From Octopus sinensis (Eukaryota), in assembly GCF_006345805.1 (NCBI RefSeq), contig NC_043003.1, positions 10,912,001-10,976,000 on the forward strand: a DNA stretch of 64,000 bases. Reading direction: 5' to 3'. The translations under genes were made by a program, and so were the position numbers. This document shows, in pieces, positions 1 to 13,365 of the stretch. Position 1 is the first letter of the stretch; every line of letters starts with the position of its first letter. The notes beneath the pieces were generated by a model that was not told where the DNA came from, searched no databases, and saw only the letters and a program-made list of their open reading frames with translations.

Positions 1-346
1 TGACTGCGGCCATGCTGGAACACCGCCTTTAGTTGAGCAAATCGACCTCCAGGACTTATTCTTTGTAAGCCTAGTACTTATTCTATTGGTCTCTTTTGCC
101 AAAGCACTAAGTTATGGGGGACGTAAACACACCAGCATCGGTTGTCAAGTGATGTTGGGGAGGACACAAACATACACGCATATACATATATACGATGGGC
201 TTTTTTCAGTTTCCATCTACCAAATCCACTCACAATGCTTTAATTGGCCCGAGGCTATTGAAGAAGACACTTGCCCAAGGTGCCACACAGTGGGACTGAG
301 CCCGGAACCATGTGGGTGGTAAGCAAACTACTTACCACACAGCCAC
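1..346 (-). mobile_element. tRNA-derived SINE, family A (cut by window edge)
   Basis: Reverse complement of the family A sequence seen at 7459-7867: A-box-like TGGCTGTGTGG, B-box-like GGCTCAGTCC, tail ...CAGCATGGCCGCAGTCA. Confidence 0.85.
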
Positions 347-1059
347 AAAACAGACTTCCTGCACCTCAACCCAGACTCCGGATTTTCATGTATCTGTGTG
401 TGTGTGTGTGTGTGTGTGTGTATACTTGCATGTGTGTATATATATGTGTGTGTGTTTGTGTGTGTCTACACTGCTCCTTGCTAGCCAGCTCTTTGTCAAA
501 CCGTCCAGTCCATGCCAGCATGGAAAGTGGACGTCAATTATGATGATGATGGTAATGATGGTGATGTGTGTGTGAATCTATGTACTAAATCTGTATTATT
601 TTATTCTTATAGCCATCATCACCATCATCATCAGCATCACCACCACCAGTGTACCATCAACCATCATTGCCTAGTGCAATTTTTTTTTTTTTTTGTTACC
701 ATACAATGAATTTTTTTGAGTGAGTTTATTTCATTTTAATAAATAAACCATTCAGAAAATAAAATTAAAAAAAGGAACATATTTTTAAAAAATGAGGAAA
801 AATCCAAAGAATTGGTAAATATTGATTGAAATGATTCACTTCAGGTTTGATGTGAGTGTCTTTGTTTTTTTTTTGTTTTTTTTCTCTTTTTACAATTCTT
901 GTTTTTTTTCATTTGTTTTACCTTTTTTTGGGAGGCAATTTCGAAATGTTTCATAAATTATTTTGGGGTATACAAAATGCATATAATGCATATGATATGT
1001 ATATATGTGCATGTGTGTGTAGTATATATATATATATATATATATGTATATGTGTGTAG

Positions 1060-1092
<33 letters not shown>

Positions 1093-1333
1093 TCACATAC
1101 ACCTTGTATCTACATGAATGAAATGAAGTACACTCATACGAATTTTCATTTATTTAAACATGTAGGTACATGTGTGTTTGCATATATATATACATACACA
1201 CATGCATGTGTGTGTGTATATATGCATATGTATGTAAATATACTCAGTGTCGCATCTTTATGCTTGAAACTCATATATCCAGATATACTTACATATAAGC
1301 CATATATATATATATATATATATATATGCTTGC

Positions 1334-1377
<44 letters not shown>

Positions 1378-4300
1378 GTGCATGTGTGTGTAGTATATAT
1401 ATATATATATTATATATATATATATTATATATATATATATATATATAAGCATACATGGATATATATATATACATATAAAAATGTATTTATGAAAAGAATT
1501 GAAATTTGCATAAGAGAGGGATTTGAATGGCTATTGTTTTCTGCAGGTTATTCAAAGACTATTTGTATATTATTCATTTATTAAAAAATTTGGTTCATTT
1601 TAATTATTATATGTTTGTTTGTGTGCATGGGTTCGTGTTAATGAATGTATGCGCGTGTATATGTGTATTTATATATGCATGTATATGTACAAGGGTGTTT
1701 GTATGTGTATATACTTATATGTATGCAAATGTCTGTATTTGTTGTGTGTGCTTGTGTGTATGTATGTATGTATGTATGCAGGTACAGATATTTGTATGTA
1801 TGTCTGTGTATGTTCATATTGTATGTATGTATGTGTATGTTCATATTGTATGTATGTGTGAGTATAGGTATGTGTATGTACATATGTATATGGGTATAGA
1901 TGTGTATGTGTGTGTATGTACATATAACATTCTTCTGTGTCTGTGTGTGTTTGTGTGTATGCAGGTACAGATATTTGTATGTTTGTATGTGTATGTACAT
2001 GTTCTTTTTTGCATGTACATGTATGTATGCAAATGTGTGTGTATCTATGTATGTATATATGTATATATATGTGTGTGTGTGAGTATAGGTATGTGTATGT
2101 ACATATGTATATGGGTATAGATGTGTATGTGTGTGTACATATAACATTCTTCTGAGTATGTGAGTGTTTGTGTGTGTATGCACATACATGCAACCATAAC
2201 ACATACATGTATGTGCATATAATTCCCAGAAATGTTATACACAATTCCATTTCTTTTAGATTTTTATTCATATTTCAGTTGGACATTAATGGAACCAGAG
2301 ATTGTGGTTTGTTTGTTTTGTCTGAGAACAAATTAATTAATGCCTCCGCTTCGTTTATTTAGAAAATTTTTGTTTCATTTATTTTTTTTTCTATCATATA
2401 TATATATATATATGTATGTATATATATATATATATATATACATATGTATGTATATATTATGTGTATACATAACATTTTTCTGTTCCTTTGTCAAACATAC
2501 TCCAAGACATTCTTGTGCGACTGTGAACATTATTTGAACTTGTTGGTGATCTCTTTTTTTTGTTTTTTCTTTCTTTTTTTGTCTTTTGTTTCTTTTTATT
2601 TTTTTATTTTTTTATTCCGTCTTTGATTCTTAACAAGTTCATCAGAATCGACAGCACTTCGTAAATTATCACCGCCTACACCGCTACTACTACTAATATT
2701 ACTACTACTAGTAATAATAATAATAACAATAATAATTTGAAATTGCCAATCCTGTTTTAATTGAGATGAAAAATCTATAGATATTCATTGCTGCTGGCAG
2801 CATTAACTTGTAAAACCCTTTTGTTATTGTTATTATTATTATTATTATTATTATCCTGAATCTGAAAATGTGATTTCTGTGGTCTTTGGTGCTTTTCAAG
2901 AATTCTGAAGCTGATAGCAACATCATGTGTAAAGGCTGCCGCTGCTATTTCTACTACTACTACTACTACTACTAGTAAATATTTTTGTTGTAAATCCCAT
3001 TGTTAGCAGCGAGTGTACTTTCTGAAATGCACAGCTTACATCGCATCATGGCTGTGACCACTAGCAAGAATCTTGTGACAGTTAAAAGCCTTCGGACATT
3101 GTCCCTGGCTGCAACTGGTAGCCATTGACTCGTAACCTATTCAAACTGAAAATTCCGGTTATTCAGTTAACCTTTTCAAGTCTAAATGCTCTTACCAGAA
3201 TCTTTAATGGGTCCTAAATAGTTATCTGTTGTAGCCACTTAACTACAAAATCGTTTTAGACAATCACCAGGCCCTTTCAAGTACATAGCTTCTATTGGTA
3301 AACGTTAAACTGGATATTGCTTAGGGAACCATGCTAGCTGTTAAAATCCTTCTTGTCGTTAGGTTAAAACCTTTCTCTGTTTTCTTTGATGCTTTGCTGC
3401 CAACAGATCTTAGAATGACCACTTGAACAGTTTGTGAGATCTGTAAAACTTTCACCTTATCTGTGAGGTAAACTTGTCAAGCTTGCAAGAGCCCATGCAA
3501 AACTATTGTTTCTGTGTGTATGTGTTTCTCCCTTGACCGCGCCCCCCCCCCTTAAAAATCTGGTGTCTGGTGTGTTCTAATTAACTGATCCTGTTCGTGC
3601 CTGACCGAACTTATATCGATGATGACGATGGTGATTAAGACGATTTTTAACTTCAGTTATAAGACCATGATGAGTGTACCCAATTCAACTGACCATTCTC
3701 CACTGTGGAAGAATGACCAATTAAGATTTTTAAAAAAAATGATCCTTGGTGGAATGAGAACTCATAACTTAAAGGGATTTAATCATTGTGAAATTTGTCC
3801 CGCACTGTCCTGTTCCTGTCACCCACCACCTACCCACCCATTTGTGCTAATTCTACAACCACCACCACTAACGCTACTATCACCTTTACCATCTCTTTGG
3901 CACAACTACCATCACTAATAATATGACTGCAAACATCCTTACTACTCTTCCTGTTATTATTATTATTATTAATCGGTTCCACTACAACTATTTATTTGAC
4001 TTTGTCAGTGGGACTTAAACTACGGCCTGTTTCTCAAGCAGTTACGTACTATTGGTGGAATGATGCGTGTTGCCAGCAGATCTGGATTTTGAATAAAAGG
4101 ATTAAAATTAACAAATACATAACTAACAATTAGTAAAAATGCACAATGAAAGCTGCCACTATGAAAAATAAAGGGAGATAATAAATTTATTCCATATTTC
4201 GGCTTGGATGATTAATCTGTGCTTGTTAAAGATGAAAGATTGGTCAGATACGTTATTCTTCTTTGTCTCTCTTTGTTTCGCATTTTGTGGGGAGTTTGGG

Positions 4301-4533
4301 GCTTTCATCTAATTTTTGCTTTATTTATATTTAAATGACAATGCTTCATGTACAAGGTCAATTTCTTTTTTTTTTTCTTGTTCAAAGTTTCAAAATTTTA
4401 TTTTTGTTTTGTGTTTCCATATTCATCCTTATTATGCCCCTCTGCCTTCAAAGAAATAAAAAAAAAAATCATTTCCCTTTTATTTTTGTATTTCTTTTAC
4501 TTTTTAATTTATATATATATATATATATATTAT

Positions 4534-4820
4534 AGGCGCAGGAGTGGCTGTGTGGTAAGTAGCTTGCTTACCAACCACATGGTTCTGGGTTCAGTCCCAC
4601 TGTGTGTCTCTAACCTCATTTTTTCTTATCCATCATCATCATTTAACGTCCGTTTTCCATGCTGGCATAGGTTGGACAGTTTGACTGGGGATTTGCAAGC
4701 CATGAAGCTGTACCAGGCTCCAATCTGATCTGGCAATGTTTCTACAGCTGGATGCCCTTCCTAATGCCAACAACTCCAAGAATGTAGTGGGTACTTTTTA
4801 CGTGCCACTGGCACAAAGGC
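4534..4820. mobile_element. SINE A head (4534-4602, +) abutting an RTE 3' tail (4630-4820, -)
   Basis: GGCGCAGGAGTGGCTGTGTGGTAAG head; (CAT)n-TTAACGTCCGTTTTCCATGC matches the RTE LINE 3' end at 17160. Confidence 0.75.
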
Positions 4821-4861
4821 CAGTCATTATCCATTCTATAAATATATGTATATATATATAT

Positions 4862-5050
4862 ATAGTTGAAATTTACAGAAAAGCAAAAGATGAAGGCAGG
4901 TGTATAGACAACAAGCAAGTGTACTAGTTTGACACTCAGGAAAGTGGAAAAGTCTTTTACATTTTGAGCCTATGCTCTTCAACAGGAAGGAATAAGAGAA
5001 AATAAACAGAGAGAGAATAAAAAACTCATGGGGTTAGTGGTCACTTGTGG
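4862..5050 (-). mobile_element. Penelope-like relic with degenerate hammerhead-like motif
   Basis: Inverted homolog of 62870-63060; minus strand reads CTGTTGA-AGAGCATAGGCTC-AAAA-TG-TA; adjacent to (TA)n. Confidence 0.4.
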
Positions 5051-5844
5051 TCCCTGTCATTTGAAAACTGGTGGTGGTTTCTTTATGTACTTGCACTTTA
5101 AGGGATTGGCAAAAGTGACCAGCAGAATAAGCACCAGACTTTAAAATAACTTTTGGGATTTGTTCAATGAAACCCTTGAAGGGGGTGCCCCAGCATGGTC
5201 GCAATCCTAAGATCGAAACAAAATATAACAAAAAGAAGAAAGAAAAGATGTAAATGAAAGAAACTGTTATTGTTAGTTATGTTCTGCCACTCACTGCCCA
5301 TGGAGGGTGGCAGAGAAAATACCTTGTGGTATTTACTGGCACCTATTAAACCTTGAGCACGCCCAGCTGCATCATGGTGTCGTATGACTTTTCTCCACTG
5401 TAGCTGCAGGTGCTTTGAGAGGGGAGATAACTTGTATGGTGACATGATGCATCTACAATGTGCTAAAGATTAAATTCTGACTTCATCCATATCCATCTGA
5501 AAGAGTTGACAATACCATCTTTTGTCTTTCCATGGCTATTGAAATAAATTCCAGAATTCTACTCAGACCAAAATATTCTTCCCCAAAAACTCTTAGTTTC
5601 GTGCTCTGTTTTGAAATCTGACAGGAAAGAACAGGTGCCAGGTGGAATGTCTTCTTAACAGGTAGGAGTGGATTCACAACCTCCAAGACTGCTATCCCAG
5701 TAATATTGTCTGTAGATGAAGAGATAACACACTGAACATTGTGTACCAATGTCTGAGTTCTGTTGTACTGAGGGAGCCTCACGACAGAGACTCCTTTCCC
5801 ACACATTCCACAATAATTTCACAGGAGAGGGTAAGTCAATTACA

Positions 5845-6410
5845 TTGAGCCAGTATACAACTAGTACTTATTTTATCGATCCCAAAAAAGATGAAAAGCT
5901 AAGTCGGAAGAAATACCACCAAATATTTTGTTCAGTTTGCCAATGGGTCTGCCAGCTTACCACAATAATAATAATAATAATAATAATAATGATAATCCTT
6001 TCTGCTGGAGGCACAAGGTCTCAGATTTGTTGGGCAGGGACTAGTTGAGTACATTGACCCCAGTGTTTCACTGGTACTTAATTTGTTGACCCTGAAAGGA
6101 TGAAAGGCAAAGTCGACCTTGGTGGAATTTGATCTCAGAACATAGTGACAGGCGAAATACCTTTAAGCATTTTACCTGGTGTGCTAACAATTCTGCCTGT
6201 TCGCTGCCTTGATGATGATGATGATGATAATAATAATGATAATGGTTTCAAATTTTGCCACAAGGGCAGCAGTTTGGGGGTTTGGTACTTATGTTATCGA
6301 GCCTGAAAGGATGAAAAGCAAAATCGACCTCGGCAGAATTTGAACTCAAATCGGAGCAACAGGCGAAATACCATTAAGCATTTTGTCCATTTTGCTAACA
6401 ATTCTACCAG
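5845..6410 (-). mobile_element. Three adjacent decayed copies of tRNA-derived SINE family C
   Basis: Repeated GAAAGGATGAAAG(G)CAAAGTCGACC...GAATTTGA core at ~5885, ~6095 and ~6305, separated by (AAT)n/(GAT)n tails. Confidence 0.7.
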
Positions 6411-6962
6411 TTTTTAACAATAATAATATAAAGCAGTTCAGGTACCTGAGATGCCCTGCTCTAGAGCAAGTTCTCAAACTGACAAGTACCCTTCCCCACT
6501 TCCAAGAAAAACAGAAAAATGAAGCTTTTTGCTTTTCTCAGATTTGCATCCACAAATCTTTCAGAACGATGGCCATAAAAAATGCCACTTGAAGCATTTT
6601 GATTTGTCCTGTTTTCAATTCTCATAGCCTCTTCCCTTCTGAGAAACATTTCCCCAGAGTGTCTCATTCGTAGATAATAGAGTTTGAGACTTTTAGTGGT
6701 CTATGTGCACCCAGAATTTGTAAAGTGCAAATAGCTGCAGTGTCTTCTTGAAGGAAAATTTGAAAATATATATTTCACTAGTTTGCTTGCATTTATTTAC
6801 TGTGTTTCCTGATATACAAGTTGGAATGTTCAGACCAAGATCTACAGCCAAAAAAAAGGTAAGTCAACATTATACACGAAGACAACTCTGGAAGACCAAA
6901 AATTCCATGTGAAATGTAGCAAGATTTGGAAAGATAATGGTGACACTTGAAGGTTTACACTA

Positions 6963-7240
6963 TACAAGGTCTGATCAATGAGTATCCGGACTGCTGCCAT
7001 AGTAACGAAGCTAAAGCACTCAGAGTAAAGCTGCTTGGCACAAATTGACCTTGAACTCTGTTGTGCACGCACATTAAGTTTTAACATTCTAGCTCGCTTC
7101 CGTTGTTTACAGCAGTGCTTTGAAGGAAGGTGTGTAGCGTGTGATCATCGCATTGACCATGATAGACAAATGAACAGAGAATCTGCATCAAATTTTGCCA
7201 AAAGCTTGGCAATACCTACTCAGAGGCTTATGCAAAGTTT
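6963..7240 (+). mobile_element. Mariner transposon relic: left end plus transposase N-terminus
   Basis: TA-preceded TACAAGGTCTGATCAATGAGTATCCGGACT terminus; 7172-7237 translates EQRICIKFCQKLGNTYSEAYAK, a typical mariner transposase N-terminal motif. Confidence 0.7.
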
Positions 7241-7458
7241 TCATCATTCTTGACCTAAGATGTTTTTTTTTTTTTTGAGACATCTTTTTTGTAAAAAGTG
7301 CCTTTTATGTGCCACAAAATACGGTCCCCTCAGAATGTTTCACACACTCACACACAGGTTATATCAGTCTTGAAATACCTTGTAGTTTTTAGTCCCTTTT
7401 ATGGCAAAACTACTTACCTGTAATCAAGAATTTTAAAACACAATTACTTTATTAATTA

Positions 7459-7867
7459 GGCATAGGAGTGGCGGTGTGGTAAGTAGCTTGCTTACGAACT
7501 ACATAGTTCCAGGTTCAGTCCCACTGCGTGGCACCTTGGGCAAGTGTCTTCTACTATAGCCTTGGGCCAATCAAAGCCTTGTGAGTGGATTTGGTAGATG
7601 GAAACTGAAAGAAGCCCATCATATGTATATATATATGTGTGTGTGTGTATGTATATGTGTAAATGTTTGTATGTCTGTGTTTGTCTCCCCAACATCGCTT
7701 GACAACCGATGCTGGTGTGTTTACGTCCCTGTAACTTAGCGGTTTGGCAAAAGATACCGATAGAATAAATACTAGGCTTTCAAAGAATAAGTCCTGGGCT
7801 TGATGTGCTCGACTAAAGGCGGTGCTCCAGCATGGCCACAGTCAAAATGACTGAAACAAGTAAAAGA
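7459..7867 (+). mobile_element. Full-length tRNA-derived SINE, family A
   Basis: A box TGGCGGTGTGG, B box GGTTCAGTCC, internal (TA/TG)n, conserved tail; more than 15 copies or fragments in the window. Confidence 0.9.
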
Positions 7868-7899
7868 AAAATCTCCAGCTTGATTTGACTGTGATGTTT

Positions 7900-8630
7900 T
7901 GAATGCTGGAATCTGCGGTAATCACCCTGAGAAATCCATCTTCTTGCATGCTATAAAAGGCATAGATTATATTCGTAGATGAAGTTTGGTTAGCGCCAGT
8001 GTTTGGCACTGTTGCATCATGTGATTTAATAATAAATTGCAAACCATCAGCCAAACACTGAAAGTCAAATTGAAAATCCATCAAATATATATAGTTTAAA
8101 TCTGACTAAACAATCAGTGATGTCACAAAAAGTGGGCAGGCTGTATATAAATTAGCGATTAGTGATGGAATCTGCCTCTGTAATGAATATTAATTAGCAC
8201 ATCCAACTTAATTGGTATGTGTTGTTTTGAATGTCACAGTATGTGGCAATCATCCTGAGAAATCTCATATAGATGTTCGTTACTATAAAAAGCTTTTTAG
8301 AGGTCAATGAAATTTCACCAGCATTGTGGTACTGCACTGTTATATCATGTGATCTCATCAATAATTGCGAATCATCATCAACAGACAGTCAAGCACTGAA
8401 TGTCAGATCAAAAATCCATCAAACTGATATAGCTTAACACTGAGTAACATTTAGTGATGTCACAAAATGCTAGTGGGCTGTCTATAAATTAGCCATTAGT
8501 AACAGAAACAGCCTCTGTAATGAATATTAATTAGCACAACCAAATTAATTGGGATGTATTGTTTTGAGCTCCATAGAATGTGGTAATCATCTTGAGATAT
8601 CATCTCATGGATACTAGGTGCTGTAAAAGT
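7900..8630. repeat. Old ~337-bp tandem duplication (2 copies plus a partial third)
   Basis: GCCTCTGTAATGAATATTAATTAGCAC at 8174 and 8511; AAAATCCATCAAA and AGTGATGTCACAAAA also repeated at similar spacing. Confidence 0.8.
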
Positions 8631-8710
8631 CACAAAGTATTAAGTTAGTACTTTTAGTAAATTTTCTAGCCATAGGGCGTAGGCATGGCAGTGTGGTAAG
8701 AAGCATGTTT

Positions 8711-8930
8711 AGGCAGCAAGCAGGCAGAACTGTTAGCACACCGGACGGAATGCTTAGTGGTATTTCGTTCTGAGTTCAAATTCCGCCGAGGTCGACTTTG
8801 CCTTTCATCCTTTCAGGGTTGATAAATTAAGTACCAGTTACGCACTGGGGTTGATGTAATCGACTTAATCCCTTTGTCTGTCCTTGTTTGTCCCCTCTAT
8901 GTTTAGCCCCTTGTGGGCAATAAAGAAATA
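8711..8930 (+). mobile_element. SINE family C inserted into a SINE A head, 13-bp TSD
   Basis: TSD TAAGAAGCATGTT at 8697-8709 and 8929-8941; B-box-like GAGTTCAAATTC. Confidence 0.85.
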
Positions 8931-8959
8931 AGAAGCATGTTCAACAGTGTGGTAAGAAG

Positions 8960-9452
8960 CATGTCCTTCCCACTTATTGTGGGAAGAAGTTGATGAAGGC
9001 TTGGGTCTGCGCTTTGCCACCCGGAAGTGAGCCCGAGTAGATAGAGGATACTATCCGCCGGGGTCTGGGTGGCAGCAGTACCAAGCTACTCAATGAGAAT
9101 ATTTTGCCTGCGGCTGATTGGAAGGGGTCAAAAGCTGTTTTGACCCTATGGACCCAATCAGCCGAAAATCTGGTTTTTCCAGATTTTTTAAAGAATGACC
9201 GGGTCTAGGTATCCAGTGATGCTTGAGAGAGGCCCCCCCCCACCCTCTAAGTGTTACCTGTGCCTGGAACCGGGCCATATTAAAAAGAACTGCCCTAAGG
9301 ACCAAAATAAGGTCCTGGAGCAGTTGATAAAAGTACCGCTCCCTGCTCCTTCATTGGAGGGAGAGAAGGAGGAAGTCGAGGAGGTGGAAACCTTCTCAAA
9401 AAAAGGAAGAAAACGAAAGGTGGGCAACAATGGTTGGCCACCGAAGGAACCA
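8960..9452 (+). pseudogene. L1/Tx1-type LINE ORF1 relic with CCHC zinc knuckle
   Basis: HVLPTYCGKK...VFPDFL, frameshift, then TGSRYPVMLERGPP..CYLCLEPGHIKKNC (CX2CX4HX4C) and an acidic/basic tail; internal stop. Confidence 0.65.
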
Positions 9453-10401
9453 ATCATTATCATCATCATCATCATCATCATCACTATCATCATCATCATC
9501 ATCATCGCCGTCATTGTCGTCATCATCATCATCATCATTCCCTGAGTATCACTGGACATCATTGTCTTGGGTCCTAGGACTTTCAAATCTGCTTTCCTGG
9601 TTTCCGTGGCATACAGCTGATCAAGGCTACAGCACTGCTCCTGAATGGGATGCCAGTCTGTTGCAGGGACGAACTCACTCACAAGCTGTGGGGGTTTGAA
9701 ATAATGTGGAATGAAGTGACTTGCCCAAGAACACAGTGCACCACCATCTGAGTTTCCACACAGTTTCCATCGACCAAATTCACTTGCGAGGCATTGGTTG
9801 GGCCCAAAGCTTTTGTAGGGAATACACTGGGCCCCGGCCTCCTGCCCCAAAGTACCAGGCAGTGGGACTGAACTAGAAACCATATGGTTGCAAACCAAAC
9901 CCCTTAACCACACAACCATGCTTGCAACACCTCCTCCACCTCCTCTTTTCCGCCTCCCCTCCTCCTTCTCCTCCCACTAACTAAACACATTAATCCTCCT
10001 TCTCATGTCCCACTGTCTTTATACATTCATTGCCTTGTCTGTCCCTCCACCCACCCCCTCACTTCCCCTCAACAAATAGTCTTCCTTACAGACAAACACA
10101 CATACACACACACACAAACTGTCTCTCTCACACACATGCATACACTCACTGTTTCTTCTTTTTCTCTCTATTTCTCTCTCTTTCTTTCTTTTGGCCCTTT
10201 CTGTCTTTCTCTCTCTCCCTCTTCCTCACTCTCTCTCTCTCTCTCCCCTCTTCCATCACAGTCCCCCACCACTCCCTCCTCTTTCTCCAATCTTATAAGT
10301 TTCCTCTCTTCTTCTAGATTTTAGGTCTCCTTCACCCCCACCCCTACTACCCCCACCCAAACATTTCTTCAGGTGTGGCATTTCACACAGTTGACCAAAC
10401 T

Positions 10402-10440
<39 letters not shown>

Positions 10441-10489
10441 CCTCCCCCTTTGTCTTTCTATTCTCTCTCACTCCCTCTCTAATCTTCCC

Positions 10490-10677
10490 ATCACCATTAC
10501 ACCACATCACTACCACCACTGCCACCTCCCTCCCTCTACTGCTACTGCTTCTACTAATAACACCACCACTATTAATGTTACTACTACTACTACTACCACT
10601 ACCACCACCACCACCATCATCTTTTATTACTTTTATTACTACTACTACTACTACCACCACCACCACTTTTAATGTTT

Positions 10678-10708
<31 letters not shown>

Positions 10709-10813
10709 CAATACCACCACTAACACCACCAATACCACTACCACTACTTTTATTACTACTACTACTACTACCACCACCACCACTTTTAATGTTTCTACAA
10801 CAACTACTACTAT

Positions 10814-10844
<31 letters not shown>

Positions 10845-10990
10845 GCCAATACCACCACTAACACCACCAATACCACTACCACCACCACTACCACCACCAC
10901 CACCACCACTTTTAATGTTACTACTACTACTACTACTACTACTACTGATCAAGATCACCATCACCACCACCACCACCATGACCACTAACT
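10490..10990. repeat. (ACT)n/(ACC)n compound trinucleotide low-complexity tract
   Basis: Direct inspection; recurring CACTTTTAATGTT spacers. Confidence 0.9.
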
Positions 10991-11479
10991 ACTAATGTTG
11001 TCATTGTTACCAGCTGCCATCATCCCCCCCCCACCACCACCATGACCACTGTGACCACCATCTTCGCACACCAATAATACTAACCTCATTACCATTTCCC
11101 TCCACAGCCAGTCCCCTGCTCGTCATCCCTATACATGCCACCCCTACGCAATCCATGTCCGAACACTAAGCCGTTGGCACTACAAAGCAATATTCTAATT
11201 TGGCATAACAAACCACAAATCTCTGTGTTTACATGCAGGCAGCCATCAAGACCTGATTGTGTTTGTGTCTATATATCTGTCTGTCTGTCCATCAGTCTGT
11301 CTTTCAGTCTGTCTGTCTGTCTGTCTATTCATCTATCAACCGATATCCATTTTGTCTCTCCTTCCTTTCCCCGCTACTTATGTTTCATTATTTCATCCTT
11401 ATGTATCTGTAATTATACATACATATTATATATATATACATATCAAATCAAATCAAATCGAACCAAATCAAAATAGATG

Positions 11480-11962
11480 AACATCAATGGAATTTGTATC
11501 CTTGTGGTACCAGTGCCGGTGGCACATAAGAAAACCATCCGAACGTGATCGTAGCCAGTACCGCAACGACTGGCCTCCGTGCTGAGGGCACATAACAAAC
11601 ACCATCCGAGCGTGGCCGTCCGCCAGCCCCGTCTGCCACCTGTGTCAGTGACACATAAGAAAACACCATCCGAGCGTGGCCGTCAGCCAGCCTCGTCTGG
11701 CACCTGTGTCGGTGGCACATAAAAAACACCATCCGAGCGTGGCCGTCTGCCAGCCTCGTCTGGCACCTGTGTCGGTGGCACATAAAATCACCCACTACAC
11801 TCTCGGAGTGGTTGGCGTTAGGAAGGGCATCCAGCTGTAGAAACACTGCCAGATCTGACTGGCCTGGTGCAGCCTTCGGGCTTGCCAGACCCCAGTTGAA
11901 CCGTCCAACCCATGCTAGCATGGAAAGCGGACGTTAAACGATGATGATGATGATGATGATGA
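11480..11962 (+). mobile_element. RTE LINE 3' UTR/tail with ~60-bp tandem units
   Basis: About five GGCACATAA..AACACCATCCGAGCGTGGCCG units, then ...GGACGTTAAAC(GAT)n tail homologous to 17160-17640. Confidence 0.85.
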
Positions 11963-12300
11963 TATATACATACATACATACATACACATATATATACACA
12001 TATATACATATATATATATGTATATATATGTATACATATATATGTATGAGTGCGTGTATGTGTGTATATATATATATGTATATATATTCATTTATTCTTT
12101 TATTTGTTTCAATCATCTGACTGTGGCCATGCTGGAGCACCACCTTTAGTCGAATAAATTGACCCCAGGACTTATTCATTGTAAGCCTAGTACTTATTCT
12201 ATCGGTCTCTATTTGTTGAACTGCTAAGTTATGGGGATGTAAACACACCAACATCGGCTGTCAGGATATGGTAGGGGGACAAACACAGACAAACATGTAC

Positions 12301-12332
<32 letters not shown>

Positions 12333-12348
12333 ATGTGTGTGTGTGTGT

Positions 12349-12737
12349 ATGGCTGTGTGGTAAGAAGCTTGTTTCCAAACCACATGGTTCTGGGTTCAGT
12401 CCCACTGCATGGCAACATGGACAAGTGTCTTCTACTATAGCCAAGGGCTGACCAAAGCCTTGTGTGTGTGTATTTGGTAGATAGAAACTGAAAGAATCTT
12501 GTTGTATCTATATATATGTATATATCTATGTGTGTATCTTTGTGTCTGTGTTTGTCCCTCCCCCCATCAGCTGGTGTTGGTGTTTACATACCTGTAACTT
12601 AGCAGTTCAGCAAAAAGATACAGATAGAATAAATACTGAGCTTTTAAAAAATAAGTCCTGAGATTGATTTGTTCGACTAAAACCCTTCAAGGTGGTGTTC
12701 CAGCATCACCACAGTCTTATTACTGAAGCAAGTAAAA
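12349..12737 (+). mobile_element. SINE family A (plus an inverted tail fragment at 12095-12295)
   Basis: Family A head, body and tail motifs. Confidence 0.8.
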
Positions 12738-12757
12738 ATATATAAATATATATATAT

Positions 12758-13000
12758 GGTGGTTATCTGCTCCTTATGCAGAGTTTGACAACCTCCTGTA
12801 CCTTAGAACCATCATGGTATCTGATGTGGCTTTTTAAACCAAATAATGTTTTGAAAAGATACCCACATAGATTGCACCTCTGATTTGGACCACCAAGTGC
12901 TGCAGATAAGTTCTGATCTTTGTGGATCTTAAAATGTCTTTTGAGGCCTCGTTAGATTTGCAAACCTTCAGGCATACATTGCATTGAAGGATGTGCACAG
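12758..13000 (-). pseudogene. Two C2H2 zinc fingers, probably the C-terminus of an RTE/BovB-like LINE ORF2
   Basis: Minus strand: CNVCLKVCKS(frameshift)RGLKRHFKIH ... CNLCGYLFKTLFGLKSHIRYH ... stop, then (TA)n; no TGEKP linker. Confidence 0.6.
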
Positions 13001-13013
13001 ACATATAAGCAGA

Positions 13014-13046
<33 letters not shown>

Positions 13047-13365
13047 TGTAAATGAGTGCCATCATCATACAAGCAGCATCCTTTGTTTCCAATCTTCAGT
13101 GGAAACATCAAGTCATGGAAAAACATTACCTTACTTGGAAGCAGCGGAAGCTTCCATCCAACCTGTGCAAGCATGAAATAAGTGGACATTAAAATGATGA
13201 ATGAAGATGATACGTATCATGTATCTTGTTTGTTATATAATCCTTAATCATGTATCTTGTATGTTATTTAATCCTTAATCATATATTCTGGTATGTTATT
13301 TAATCCTTAATCATTCAAATTATTCTCTCAAATATAATGCTTATTTATTTATTTACATTGTTTAG

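Noticed and set aside
3400-3475. Possible short exon (pyrimidine tract-CAG ... GAG|GTAAAC)
   Set aside because: No recognisable coding signal or partner exons; such sites arise by chance
5483-5806. 107-aa non-repetitive ORF
   Set aside because: No recognisable motif; cannot be supported without a database search
10256-10995. Mucin-like poly-Thr ORF
   Set aside because: Trinucleotide repeat open on both strands; no non-repetitive coding context
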